A model generated the notes under the pieces. It saw nothing but the letters and a program-made list of their open reading frames with translations, did not search any database and was not told the DNA's origin. Positions 32,025 through 44,000 of a stretch of DNA of 64,000 nucleotides are shown piece by piece (position 1 is the first letter of the stretch; every line of letters begins with the position of its first letter). The position numbers and the translations under genes were made by a program. This DNA is from Malacoraja senta (lineage: Eukaryota): the NCBI GenBank assembly GCA_038087875.1, contig CM075985.1, positions 14,136,001 through 14,200,000 on the forward strand. Reading direction: 5' to 3'.

Positions 32025-35000
32025 GTGAGTAAGCCGGGGAAAATTATACGGTTTCAATTGTATTCTCTAGGAGAGATTATTTGTAACAAGTAGATACAAC
32101 ATTATAACAGGGTCATAGAGTCAAACAACACAGAAACAGGCACTCCATCCATGCCGATAAGAGCATTCTAATAATGTGCAGAATCAATGCAGTTTAAAAG
32201 AATGCTAAATAGATAATAAAAAGAAAAGATGAGAATACTAATCGTGGGAGGAGATGAGTATAGGAAAGAACCACAGATGTTGGTTGGCACCCAAGATAGA
32301 CACAAAATGCTGGAGTAACATAGCGGGACAGGCAGCATCTCTGGATGGTAGGAATGGGTGACGTTTCGGGTCGAGACTTCTTCAGACTGAGCGTCAGGCC
32401 AGAGGGAGTTACAGAGATAAGGAAGTGTATGATATCAAAAAAGATGCAGATCAAGGAAAATGTAGAACAGACCATTGATAGCTCGGAGAGGGTGACAATA
32501 AAGCAGACAGAGATGCAATGTAATCAGAGGAACAGTCAAACTGGTCGGAGAACTATTCCTTCTATCCAGAGATGTTGCCTTATGACTATAACTATTTAGA
32601 TTCGTATCATGCTGTACACTTTCCTTATTCTGTAATTGAACAGCTGTAAAACAGCAAATGACTTTTTCGTCTAAATAATGTGAAGCCTACAAAGTATAAA
32701 TCATTACTTTAGATTGATGGTTTTCATAAAAGTAAACAACCCTCTGAGATCATTAAAGTGCCTCTTGCTGATTTTGCAGCCCAGTGTCTAAATGTAGATT
32801 ATTTTGGGCTTAAAATATTCAAGTAGGAGAAAGTAATGGGTATTTTCCCAGTAACCACTGCATTCTGCATTTAGTTCTTACATTGAAGCCTTGGAGCTTG
32901 AGGTACCACACACCACCCATATCATTAAAACATGATTCATCTATTTCACTCGTCAGGCCAAAGGATCGATAGTAAAGAAATGCTTGCTGCTTGGCTTGAC
33001 AGACTGGGTCATGTTATTTGTTAAAGTGGGATTGTTGAATTTTTATTCATCAAGAAGCCTTGTAATGTAAAATGCTACCTGGACAAAGGGACGAGGTCAG
33101 ATAATTCAAAAAGTAACAACCAGCTGTTACAAGTGCAGTTTTAAAAGTGTGTAGAATATAAAAAGAAGAGATTAGAAAATGCTGAGGAATTCCGTTGTTT
33201 TGAGATTGTCAAATGCGGCACAATTGCCTGGCTTCTGGATCACAAGGTTTCAGTTTCAGATACCGTCCCTGCAATTTGAGTGTAAAACTCCAGGCTCTAG
33301 TGCAGTGTCGAGGGATTGCAGTACCATCAGATGTGCTGTCTTTCAGAAGAGATGACCTGTCTGCTCCCTCGAGCATGTAAGCACGTAAAACCTGTGGCAC
33401 TCTGGGAGTAACTCCCGTCAGGGCCGGCCTTAGGAGGTGCAGGGCCCAATTAGGAGCAATCGGCTTAAGGCCGGCCCTGACTCCCGTTGTCTTAGCCAAT
33501 ATTTAACCTTCCATCAACTTTTGCAACAGCTGATGATCTTGTCATTATCATGTTGCTTGTGGGAGCTAGTTCTCATGAAGCTGTGCCAAAAATGCTGGCT
33601 TGGTTTTGTCATTATATCCTTCTACATCACCACAAAAAAGGAAAATATGGAACAAGAGAGGAAAATTTTGAATATAATACAGGACAGCAATAAAATTATC
33701 CAGTGCACATTAAGTTACAATGGAGAGACTGGAGACTAAAGATTAGATGATGAGCTCTGTGTGTTCTGTGCAGGAAAGCAAGCAAAATCTTAAAAGAGTT
33801 ACCTCGGATAAGTGAATTATAATCCAACTTCAGACAAACTTGGGAATTTTGGAATGTTAACATTTTTATGCAATGAAAGGAAACTCTGTTTATGGGGTTG
33901 CTTGAAAGAGCTGTGAGAGTTTAATTTAATGATGGGAAACCTCCACTGCTCAGGACATCAAACTTTAGATATCTTCACTGACATAAATTCTTGGAAAAAG
34001 CATTTAATATTAATAACTCCAATTTCGGGACAGCATAGTGAACTGTTGGCCGGTAGACAATGTTAGGGCCAACACACACCAAATCCAATAGAAAAATCTA
34101 TCTCCGTGGTACACATTAAGCTAGTTTGGTGTATAAAAATGATAGTTAACACAAAGTAATTAAAAACAATATACATATCACATACACTAATCCACGTGTA
34201 GAATTTAGATGCCATATATTTTCTTGGCAGTGCCTCCAGCTACTCTGTCTAAACTTCCTTGCCTCTTCACTCCCCTCTCCTTTCTTTAAGGCTCTGTTTA
34301 GAACCTACCTCTTTAACAAGACTTTTGGAAACCCCTTCTGTTTCCAATTTCTTCTTTGAATTGAAACCAGTTTATGTGATGTATTTGTGTCTGAAAATTG
34401 ATGAGAGGCCATATAGATTCAGTGAACATGTGCAGAGGGGAAGAGACCTGGGGGGATGTATGCACAAATCATTGAACACAGCAAGATGGGTTGAGAAAGC
34501 GTTTAATTAAGCATACACAATTCTGGGGTCTATTACTAGAGGCATAAAGTATATAAGCAGAGGAGTTATGATGAATCTTTATAAAACGCTAATGCGACCT
34601 CAACTGGAGTATTGTGTTCAATTCTGGTTGCCTTGTTACATTAAGTCATTGCCAAGTATCCTGAAAAGACTTGGGAACATGGTTTACGAGAAGGAAGTCT
34701 CCAATTACAAGGAGGTGCAGGGACTGTTTTCTTTTGAGAAGAGAAAAATGAGAAGAGATTTCATCAAAGTATAAAAATGAGGAATGGTTTGGAAAGAGTG
34801 AATAGCGAGAGCTTGTGGAGTCGTCGAGGATCAGATGTCATTAATGTAAAATAAAGGGGAAGAGAACTAAGAATGGTAGAAAGAGGAACTTTATGTGTAG
34901 ATGGTATCTGGATAGCATTGCATGTGGATGTGGTGGAGGTAGGTTCCATCTGGCCATTAGGAAGTAAGATAAACACCTGATGAGAAAGACTTTGCAAAGC

Positions 35001-38000
35001 TATGGAGAAGCCAGGGATGGAATGGTAAAGAGCTGGCATGGACACGATGGACTGAGTGCCCTCATTTGGTGCTGAAACTATTCTATGATTCTGCGTTCAC
35101 TGTTCTGTGAAACAATGGGTTGCTTTATTATGTTAAAGGTTTTTAAATACAAATGAGCATTAACATTTGCATTTTAGCACAATATTTACACGTCAGAATA
35201 ATAAAGATGAAAGAAAATCATAGATGAGTATTGGCAGAAACTTTTCCAAAAAAGTAAACTTTCTAATCTTGCCTTTATCAAAGCAAGTAGATCTTTTTCA
35301 GCAGTTTAGTCATTGTACATTGACACAAACAAAATACTGATGGCTCTGGCATTGGTAATTGTTCAACAACCTGAAAATAGCCTGATAATGTCAAACAATA
35401 AGGTAAATCTAGGCTGGTCAATGAGAACCCCATTGGTGTTGGCCCCGCCCCTCCCCATCACCAGAAAGTGTATGAAAGCAGACATCAGTGGTCCAAGCAA
35501 GCTGGGTGCAAGGTCTCACTGCATAACATAGAGTGCCACCCAAGTGAAGGGAGAAGGTGAGGTTGTTTAAGCAGTAGTGATCAGCTGTGTTAATGTGGAG
35601 ATTTAAAAATAGTGTAGAATATAAAAGAATGGATGATTGAAAAAGCTGAACAATTCTATTGTTTTCAGATTGGCACAATTGGGGTGGTGTAGTGGTAAAG
35701 TTGCTGCCTTCCAGCGCCAGAGACCCGGGTTTAATCCTGATTACGGGTGCTGTCTGCACAGAGTTTTTACATTCTCCCTGTGACCATGTGCGTTTTCTCC
35801 CGGTGCTCCAGTTTCCTCCCACACTCCAAAGACTACAGGTTTGTAGGTTAATTGCCTTTTGTAAAAGTTGTAAATTATTCTTAGTGTGTAGGATAGTGTT
35901 AGTGTGCGAAGTGATCGCTGGTCGTCATGGACTCGGTGGGCTAAAGGGCCTGTTACTGTGCTGTATTTCTAAAGTCTAAAGTAAATTGCTTTTTATTCTG
36001 CGTCATGAAGTTTCAGGTAGAGATCCCATTCCAGCTCGAGGCTCTAGTGCAGTGCTAAGGCAGTGCTGTCTTTCAGATGAGATGTGCAATCAAGGCCTGT
36101 CTGCTCCCTCCGATGAACATGCAAGACCCCCTGCTGTGGCACTATTTCAAAGAAAAGCAGAGTAGTTATCCTAGTTTTCCAGCAACGTGCCCTCACATGT
36201 TCTGTTTGAAATCTGACAACTCTCTAATTAGCCAAACACGTGAATAGAGGGATATAGACCATGTGCAGGAAGATGGGATTGGTTAGATTGGCATCATGGT
36301 CAGTGTAGACATGATGGGCTGAAGGAACTGTTGCTATGCTGTACAGTTCTATGTTCCTAATTGCCTTGATCCAAACATGGGTGTAAACAAGGAATACTGA
36401 GCGGTAAGTATCGCTGATTGTCAGGTTAAATAAGACCCTACGAAAAAGTATGTGCATGCATTTTAAGGAAAATAGTTTGCAATTGTTAGAGTTATATGTG
36501 AAGCAAAGTAAGGTGATTATATTTCTGGGAAGCCATTGATCACAGTCACTCGATCTCATTACATTCATCCACAGAATTATACCCTCTTCCCAGACATTAT
36601 CATCAATGGCTTTTTGTTTGTCTTGGGGAATTTCTAATGATAGTATGGTGTACAGCTTCAGCAACACGTCTGTTGATATCTGAACTGCCATGGTGTAGAT
36701 TATAGCTTTCTGCAAATATTCTTCTGTAGCATCTTCTCTAGCATTCTTTGGACACCATCTAAACTAAGCTGTTGTAGCTAGGATTTATGTTTTATACTTT
36801 CCGCGTATGAGATCTTCAATGCTCCTACATGCCAAAGACGAGCAGGTTTGTAGGTTAATTTGTCTCAGTAAATTACGCATAATGTGTAGGGAGCGGATGA
36901 GATAGTGGGATAACATAGAACTAGTGTAAACAGCTGATAAATGGTCGGTGTGTACCCAGTGGGTCTAACGGCCTGTTTCCATGCTGTAACTTTCAATCAA
37001 AAATAAACCTCTTATAGCTTTCAACATCATATCCATTGCTGAAGTATCCATCATTGTTTTCTTGTAAATCATTGGCCAGGAGATTTAACAGTATTAGCCA
37101 TGGCCGTAATGTGACTGGCTATTCTGCAACAAGTTGTTAATCTCCACAAAAACTAAAATAATATTAATCATCTCCAAATGAAGTCAGAGTGTACAAGAGT
37201 CTTCACCTGTTGTCTGGGTTAGAATTGAAGAGGTTCAATAGTTTATAGGGCTGAGAGGTTCAAGGACTTCTTCTTTGTCACTGACCCATATCTGACCTCT
37301 GGCTGTGGCACAAGAACACATTATGCAACATCCAGTATTCCTCCCACATCCACCCTGCCTCCCCCCCCCCCCCCCACCAGCTTCCTTTTCCAACAAGATC
37401 AAAGGAGGACCACCTTCTCCAAGTTTGATCCAAGTCACAAATCACACACATTCCATTCCTGTGTTTTAGTTATGTCAATATTCTAGAATTTACCTCTTTT
37501 AATCCTTATTTGGGCACGATTCATGGGCACTGGTTACCTTCCAATATCTCTTTCAAGAGTGTTATTTTTTACTTGAGCTCCAACTAGATTTGACTGCTAA
37601 TTTAATAAGAAAGTAGGAAAATCTAAATTCCAACCTAAAGGAAACGTCCATGAAGACTATTGGGTAAAAATGAGCACCTCATTAGTTCACATTGTGATTT
37701 AGAAATTGGCCTGAAGTAAAGGTGGTCCATTTAGTTGGCCTTCAAAGCGTTGCTGTTCTATAAAATGTTTAGTTAAACATGACATGTGACAGCAATTTGT
37801 CAGGAAAGAACAGGTTATTTTGTTTTTAAAATATATATTTTCTTTGCTTCCAGGAGCTTGATGAAGGATTGCCAATAAAAGAACCATACTTTGTAAAAAA
37901 CCCAGAACTGGTAGGTGATGTGAGCAATGGAATCCGAGTGACATGGTTGGGACATGCTTCGCTGATGGTGGAAATGGAAGGGCTCACTTTTCTGACGGAT

Positions 38001-41000
38001 CCCATGTTCAGCCAACGAGCCTCACCGGTGCAGTTCTTTGGACCAAAGCGGTTCCGAAACCCACCCTGTACAGTGGCTCAGTTGCCCAAGATCGATGCTG
38101 TGGTTATTAGTCACAACCATTATGATCATTTGGATTACAACACTGTGCTTAGTCTTAATGAGCGATTTGGCAGTGACCTGAGGTGGTTTGTACCATTGGG
38201 TCTCTTAGGCTGGATGCAGAATTGCGGCTGTGAGAATGTTATCGAGTTAGACTGGTGGGAAGAAAACTGCGTCCCTGGGCACGATGAGGTTACATTTGTT
38301 TTTACACCTGTACAGCACTGGAGCAAACGAACTGTGACAGATGACAACAAAGCACTGTGGGGCAGTTGGTGTGTCCTTGGACCCTGGAACAGATTTTTTT
38401 TTGCTGGAGATACCGGTTATTGCGTGGCCTTTGAACAAATAGGGAAACGATATGGACCATTTGACCTTGCTGCTATTCCTATTGGTGCCTATGAGCCAAG
38501 GTAAGCCGATATTCAGCTATTTCAGATTTTTAATTTATGTTGGGGAGGATCTGCAGATGCTGGTGTAAATCAAAGACAGACACAAAAGGCTGGAGTAATT
38601 CAGCGGGTCAGGCAGCATCTCTGGAGAAAAGGGATAGGTGACATTTCAGGTTGAGATCCTTTTTCCGACTGAGAGTCAGGGGAAAGGGGAATGAGAGATA
38701 TAGATGGTTCCTGGGAGAAATTAATGGAAGGTATGCAAAAAGCAACAATAATCAAGGAAATGTGGGGCACACAATGGGCCATTATTGGTTGTTGGTTATG
38801 TGATATGGTGACCCTCAGTCTGAAGAAGGGTCTCGACCCGAAATGTCACCTATTCCTTTTCTCCACAGATGCTGCCTAACCCGCTGAGTTATTTCAGCCT
38901 ATTGTGTCTGATTTTTATTTGTTGTAATTTTATGTATTTGATGCATTTTGGCCTTCAGTGGATGGGGGAGGGGGGGGGGGGTAGAATAATATTCTCCTCC
39001 TCTTGTAGCAGAGTCCATAATTTCCAATTGTAGATTAATTTGACTCGGCCCAATAATTTATGAAATTGCTTCAAGGAAAAATTGCCTCAAATCTATATTA
39101 ACGTCAAAACGGGACAATAGTGAAATAATTATTTTCACAAAGTATAGTAGCATTCCTTTCCTTTCTACTGGACTGATCATGTAAGGTGTGTAGATCACTT
39201 GCAGGAAGCATTTGCCAGAGAGAGAAACCTCCTTGCATTATGGCCTGAGTTTTACACGAGAGCATACATGAGAGAAAACTCACCACTGTCATCTCCACAA
39301 CTGCCTGGAATACATGAGATGCCACATTGGGTGAAGGTAACTCTGGGAGTTACCAACCTTTAAATTACATGGGCTAGTTGGTACGGCTGAAAGTAATTGA
39401 TACGTTCTGAGCAGGACACCCTGAGTTGATTCACATAATGCAATTTAATGATCATAAGTGATAGACAGATAGTTAAATGTAACCCTTGGATTTAGTGATT
39501 AGAATTAACTGTCAGTTGGTAAATGTGGACCTTTGCATGCATTGACATGGAGTGAAAACGGAATTGGGCTCCTAACAACAATTCAGTTCCCTGTTAGTGC
39601 TTACTGCAAATTACCTAACGTTTGGAGTGAGCATTGAGGCAATGCATCAGAAAGTCTGTAGGAAGTAGAATGATAAATACACAACAACTCCTCTGGTATT
39701 AGGGAAAGGAAACACATCAAACTGATGAAAATGCTACCTGAGTCATGTAAGTCTGAGTGAGAAGGGAGAGAAAAGGTGCAGGATCACCATTTGATGTCTT
39801 GAGCATCTGCCAAGGCTCTGGATACTGAGTCTTACTGCAGAGACCTGAGCACCTGAATACAGTACTGAGAGCATCCTTTTAAATATTTTTATCTTCCCAT
39901 ATACCAGAGGAGCTACTGTGCATTTATAGTATTGGTGTTGCAGACTTTCTGGCACCTTGCCTGGATGCTTCCTTCAAATATTGAGAGATGGAGGTGGAGA
40001 TGTTTTGAATTGTTGGAGCAAACCTGTCTCACTCAGTGTCAAGTTATGCAGAGGTCCATAGCTGGCAATGATCAATTTTAGATGAGACATTATCTCCTTG
40101 CTCTACCCTCTCAAGTACATAAAACATCCCTTGACATTATTTTAAATTAGTTTCGTTTAGAGACATAGCATGGAAACAGGCCCTTCGGCCCACTGAGTGC
40201 GCCGACCATCGATCCCCACTTTTGCATCCACTTCCTGCACACTAGAGATAATTTACAGGGGTCAATTAACCAACAAATCCACACATCTTTGGGATGTGGG
40301 ATGAAACCGGATGGAGCACCCAGAGGAAGCCCACGTGATCACAGGGAAACCGTGCAAACTCAACACAGGCAGCACCCAAGGTCAGAATGAACCTGGGTCT
40401 CCGGTGCTGTGAGGGTGCAAGTCCTCTGCTGTGCCACTGGGCTGACCCAATGTAATCTTGACGAGCAAGGGAAATGTCCAGTGTCCCAGATCAACTGACA
40501 AGACTAACTGGTTTATATCCTTGCTGATTGTAAGAACTTGCTATGTGAAATTTGGCTGGTATCTTCCTTGCTGTACAACAGCAATCATAAATTATAAAGA
40601 ATTTTAGAGCACTTGGAGGTAGTGATTAGGTACTATGAATGCAAGTATTTCACTTTATTAATTCATTATTTTCAACAAAATCTCATTACATTGAATAATT
40701 TAAAATTCAACATCTGTCATTGCCATGGACTGTGTAAAAAAAGCAAGCCATTGCCAGGAAATATCATTAACTATGGCTTTAATATTTTTTAACAATTTGA
40801 GTAGCTGCACCATTAGGCAGCAGAACATTAGAATCAGTTGCGAGCTATGACTCATCAAGCTACCAGTCACAAATGTGGGCAACTCCCTTCATCATGAGGG
40901 AGACAAATCACAGCATGTCCCATCGGCCTGGTGCTACATTCCATGTTTCTGAGATTGACCCAGCCTGGATTATGGAATGTTAGTTCCATTCTCTGGGGAG

Positions 41001-44000
41001 GGGGTGTGCTGCATGTAGCCAAAAGAGATAGACTCAACAAAATCCAGCCTTCCTCTTTATTTCTTTAATGAGTGATTTATAAAAAAATAAAATGTTTCTT
41101 TCAAAAAGGTTACTGTTGACATCACCGGAGAATTAAAGGGGGCGAGAGACTCATCGGGATCAGGATGGAATAGATATCTTTACAATCCCTCTCCGCTCCA
41201 TTCTTCATCGGTTTTCCTGTCATCACTCTTGGTTTTCATGTAAAATTTAAAGAAACAACAATCCGGTCGGCCCAACAGTTCAGAGCAGATGTTTCTGGCT
41301 CACACCAGCATCTCCTAGCTTCCCTGCAGTTTCAATTGCATTACTCCAGGCCGAGCAAGATTCTGGTTGAAGACATTTCTCCTGAGTTCTTATTGAATTT
41401 ATTTTCTACATGGCTGCTAATGTTAGATTCCCTTCCAAGGGAAGTGTCTTCTCATCTTTTCTTTCCCAGAGAAAGGAATATTCACTCATTCAGTTTTTCC
41501 TGCAGACTGCAGATGCTGGAGTCTTGAGCAAAACACTAAATGCTGGAGTTACACAAAGGATCAGGCAGCATCTGTGGAGCAAATAAACAGGCAATGTTTC
41601 AGGTCAGGATTGTCAGACAAAGGAAGTTGGAGAAAGAAAACTCACTGGAGCGGTGAGATGTAGAACACAGCTGTTGCTGGAAATCAGAAATTAGTAAATT
41701 AGCAAATGCTCTAGGACGGTATTCAGTAAATACTCAGTAGTTAAGATGGGATCTGTGGTGAGAGAAAAGCTATTGGCAGGTGATCTTGCATCAGAATTGG
41801 CTAGGTACGACATGAAGAGGAAAGACAGGTTATCTCATATACTTATTCATCTTCCTCTATTTGCACTTCTCCAGATCAAGTGTGATTAATAAGCATTCAT
41901 ATCCCTATTTTCAACAGAACTGAAGCATTTGTAAATGTGGACGGCCTTGATTGTAACCGTATCAAATGAATCTCCTCTGTCCTCTCCAATCCTCAACCTC
42001 TCTGCAACTGAAAATATACTTGTCTTCTTACTTTTATAGTTCTGATGAAGGATCGTTGAACTGAAACTTTAATGCTGTTTTTCTTTCCATGGATACTGTT
42101 TGACGCTCAATATTTTGAGCATGTTCTGTTTTTATTTTAGTTTTTCAACATCTGCAGTTTTTTTGCTTTTCGCCACATAAATCCATTTCATTTGCTTACC
42201 ATAATGCTTTTCACTTAATAATACTGTATGCGTAAAAATATCTTTCATCTTCCCCTTCAATACTAATCTTGATTCAAATTCGCCAGTCAATGGAAACAAT
42301 TTTTCAATGCTTATAATCTTAAATCTTCACTGCAGTGAATTTAGGTCTGCTCTAGAATTCTGTCATTACAATATTTCCCTTATCTTTCAGATTATCCAAG
42401 TGAGTCACCCGCACGCATTTGTTTTTAGCTCTTCTATTCTTTTAAAAGCCGTGCATAATTTCCCAGCTGTGGCTGAATTATTGTTTTACACATCAACACT
42501 TTCTTGCTCTAGTATTCAAATCAGGTTGCATAATGTTTTGTTTCTGATTCCGACATCGCTGTTGTACCAGATGTATTTTCTGTCTAAGTACAGAACAGTT
42601 GTGACAGTAAATTCCTTTTAATGGAGTTGCCCACAGGATTTAATAAATCAGAAAAGCTATTACAATCTGCTTTACTGATAAGATATCCAGCACAATATAT
42701 GATCTTCCCTGCAGCCACTTCAACTGTGCAAACAGCCGTCTCTTTAATAGATTTATCAGAAATGTGAGTTGCATCTGGAGAGAACATTTGTGTTCTGCAA
42801 TGCCAATGCAAGTTGCTGCTGGTACTATCTGCCACAAACAGTTGAGATGCTGAATGCAATTTGAAATGATAAATACTAGAAACATGTTGGTACAATGTTA
42901 ACATGTATAGTTTGTTAGTGATGTTGATAAGTGTAGGAACAAACCAAAACCATCTCTCTTATTTAGCCATTATCTGATATAGTAATTTTTAACACTGTAC
43001 GTGTTTTTATTAAGTAGAGCACCAGTCTATCTCTCTAACAAATATCACCAACAATCCATCCTGGACCAACCACTATGGACAAGAACACACGCCAATACCT
43101 CTACATCTGGGGTTCACAACCGTTTTCGTCCCGTTTACCCCTGGCAACTTTAATAGCACATAACAATGTTATTTCACTTATTTATGAACAATAAATGATG
43201 AACAGAACCAAACACAGTCAGTCAATGAGAAAAAATATGTACAAATCCAGAATCAACAAATTTATCCCCTGGATAGGCGAAATTTACCCCCTGCTGGTAA
43301 ATTTACCCCAGGTTGGGAACCCTTGCTCTACATTCTCAGATGTTTAGCTTGTCTCTAGCAAGCCTATTTAGATGCACTGTAGGAAGCATCCTATAAGGAT
43401 GCATCAAAGCTTGGTTTGGCAAAACAGCTCTGCCCGACCCCAGGAAATTGCAAAGAGTTGTGGATTACTCCAGTCCATCATCCAAATGAGCTTCCTCCCT
43501 CATCGAATCCATCTTCACTTTATGTTGCCCTGGGGAAGCAGCCAACATATTCAAGGACCATTTTCGCCATTCATTCCCTCTTCTTTCCTCTCCCATGTGG
43601 GCAGAAGATACATAAGCTTGAAAGCATGTACCACCAGATTCAGGAATATCTTCTTCACTGCTGTTATCAGATAACTGAACAGTTGTCCCACAAGCTAAGG
43701 AAACCCCTGACATTTTTGCATGGGAAGAAGAATGGACTTCTCGAGGAGACAGTATGTTTTATGTCATTCCTACTCGGTTGCAATCATTTTAGGAGATTTT
43801 CTTTCTTACGGGGCTGGATTGCGATTCAAGATTATAATTTAAGATCACACTTTAGATGCACAGTGCCAAGTTATTGCATTTTTAGAAATACTGTTCACTA
43901 AAACAGTAAGAAGTGTCATATCTGGCTGTTCTAGAATTGTTCGTACTGAAATCCACCAAAACTCCAAGCTAAAATCTTGCTTCATCAATGTTTCTTAGGA

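Noticed and set aside
35680-35750. tRNA-like A and B boxes
   Set aside because: This is the head of an HE1 SINE; there is no complete cloverleaf and it is followed by the SINE body.
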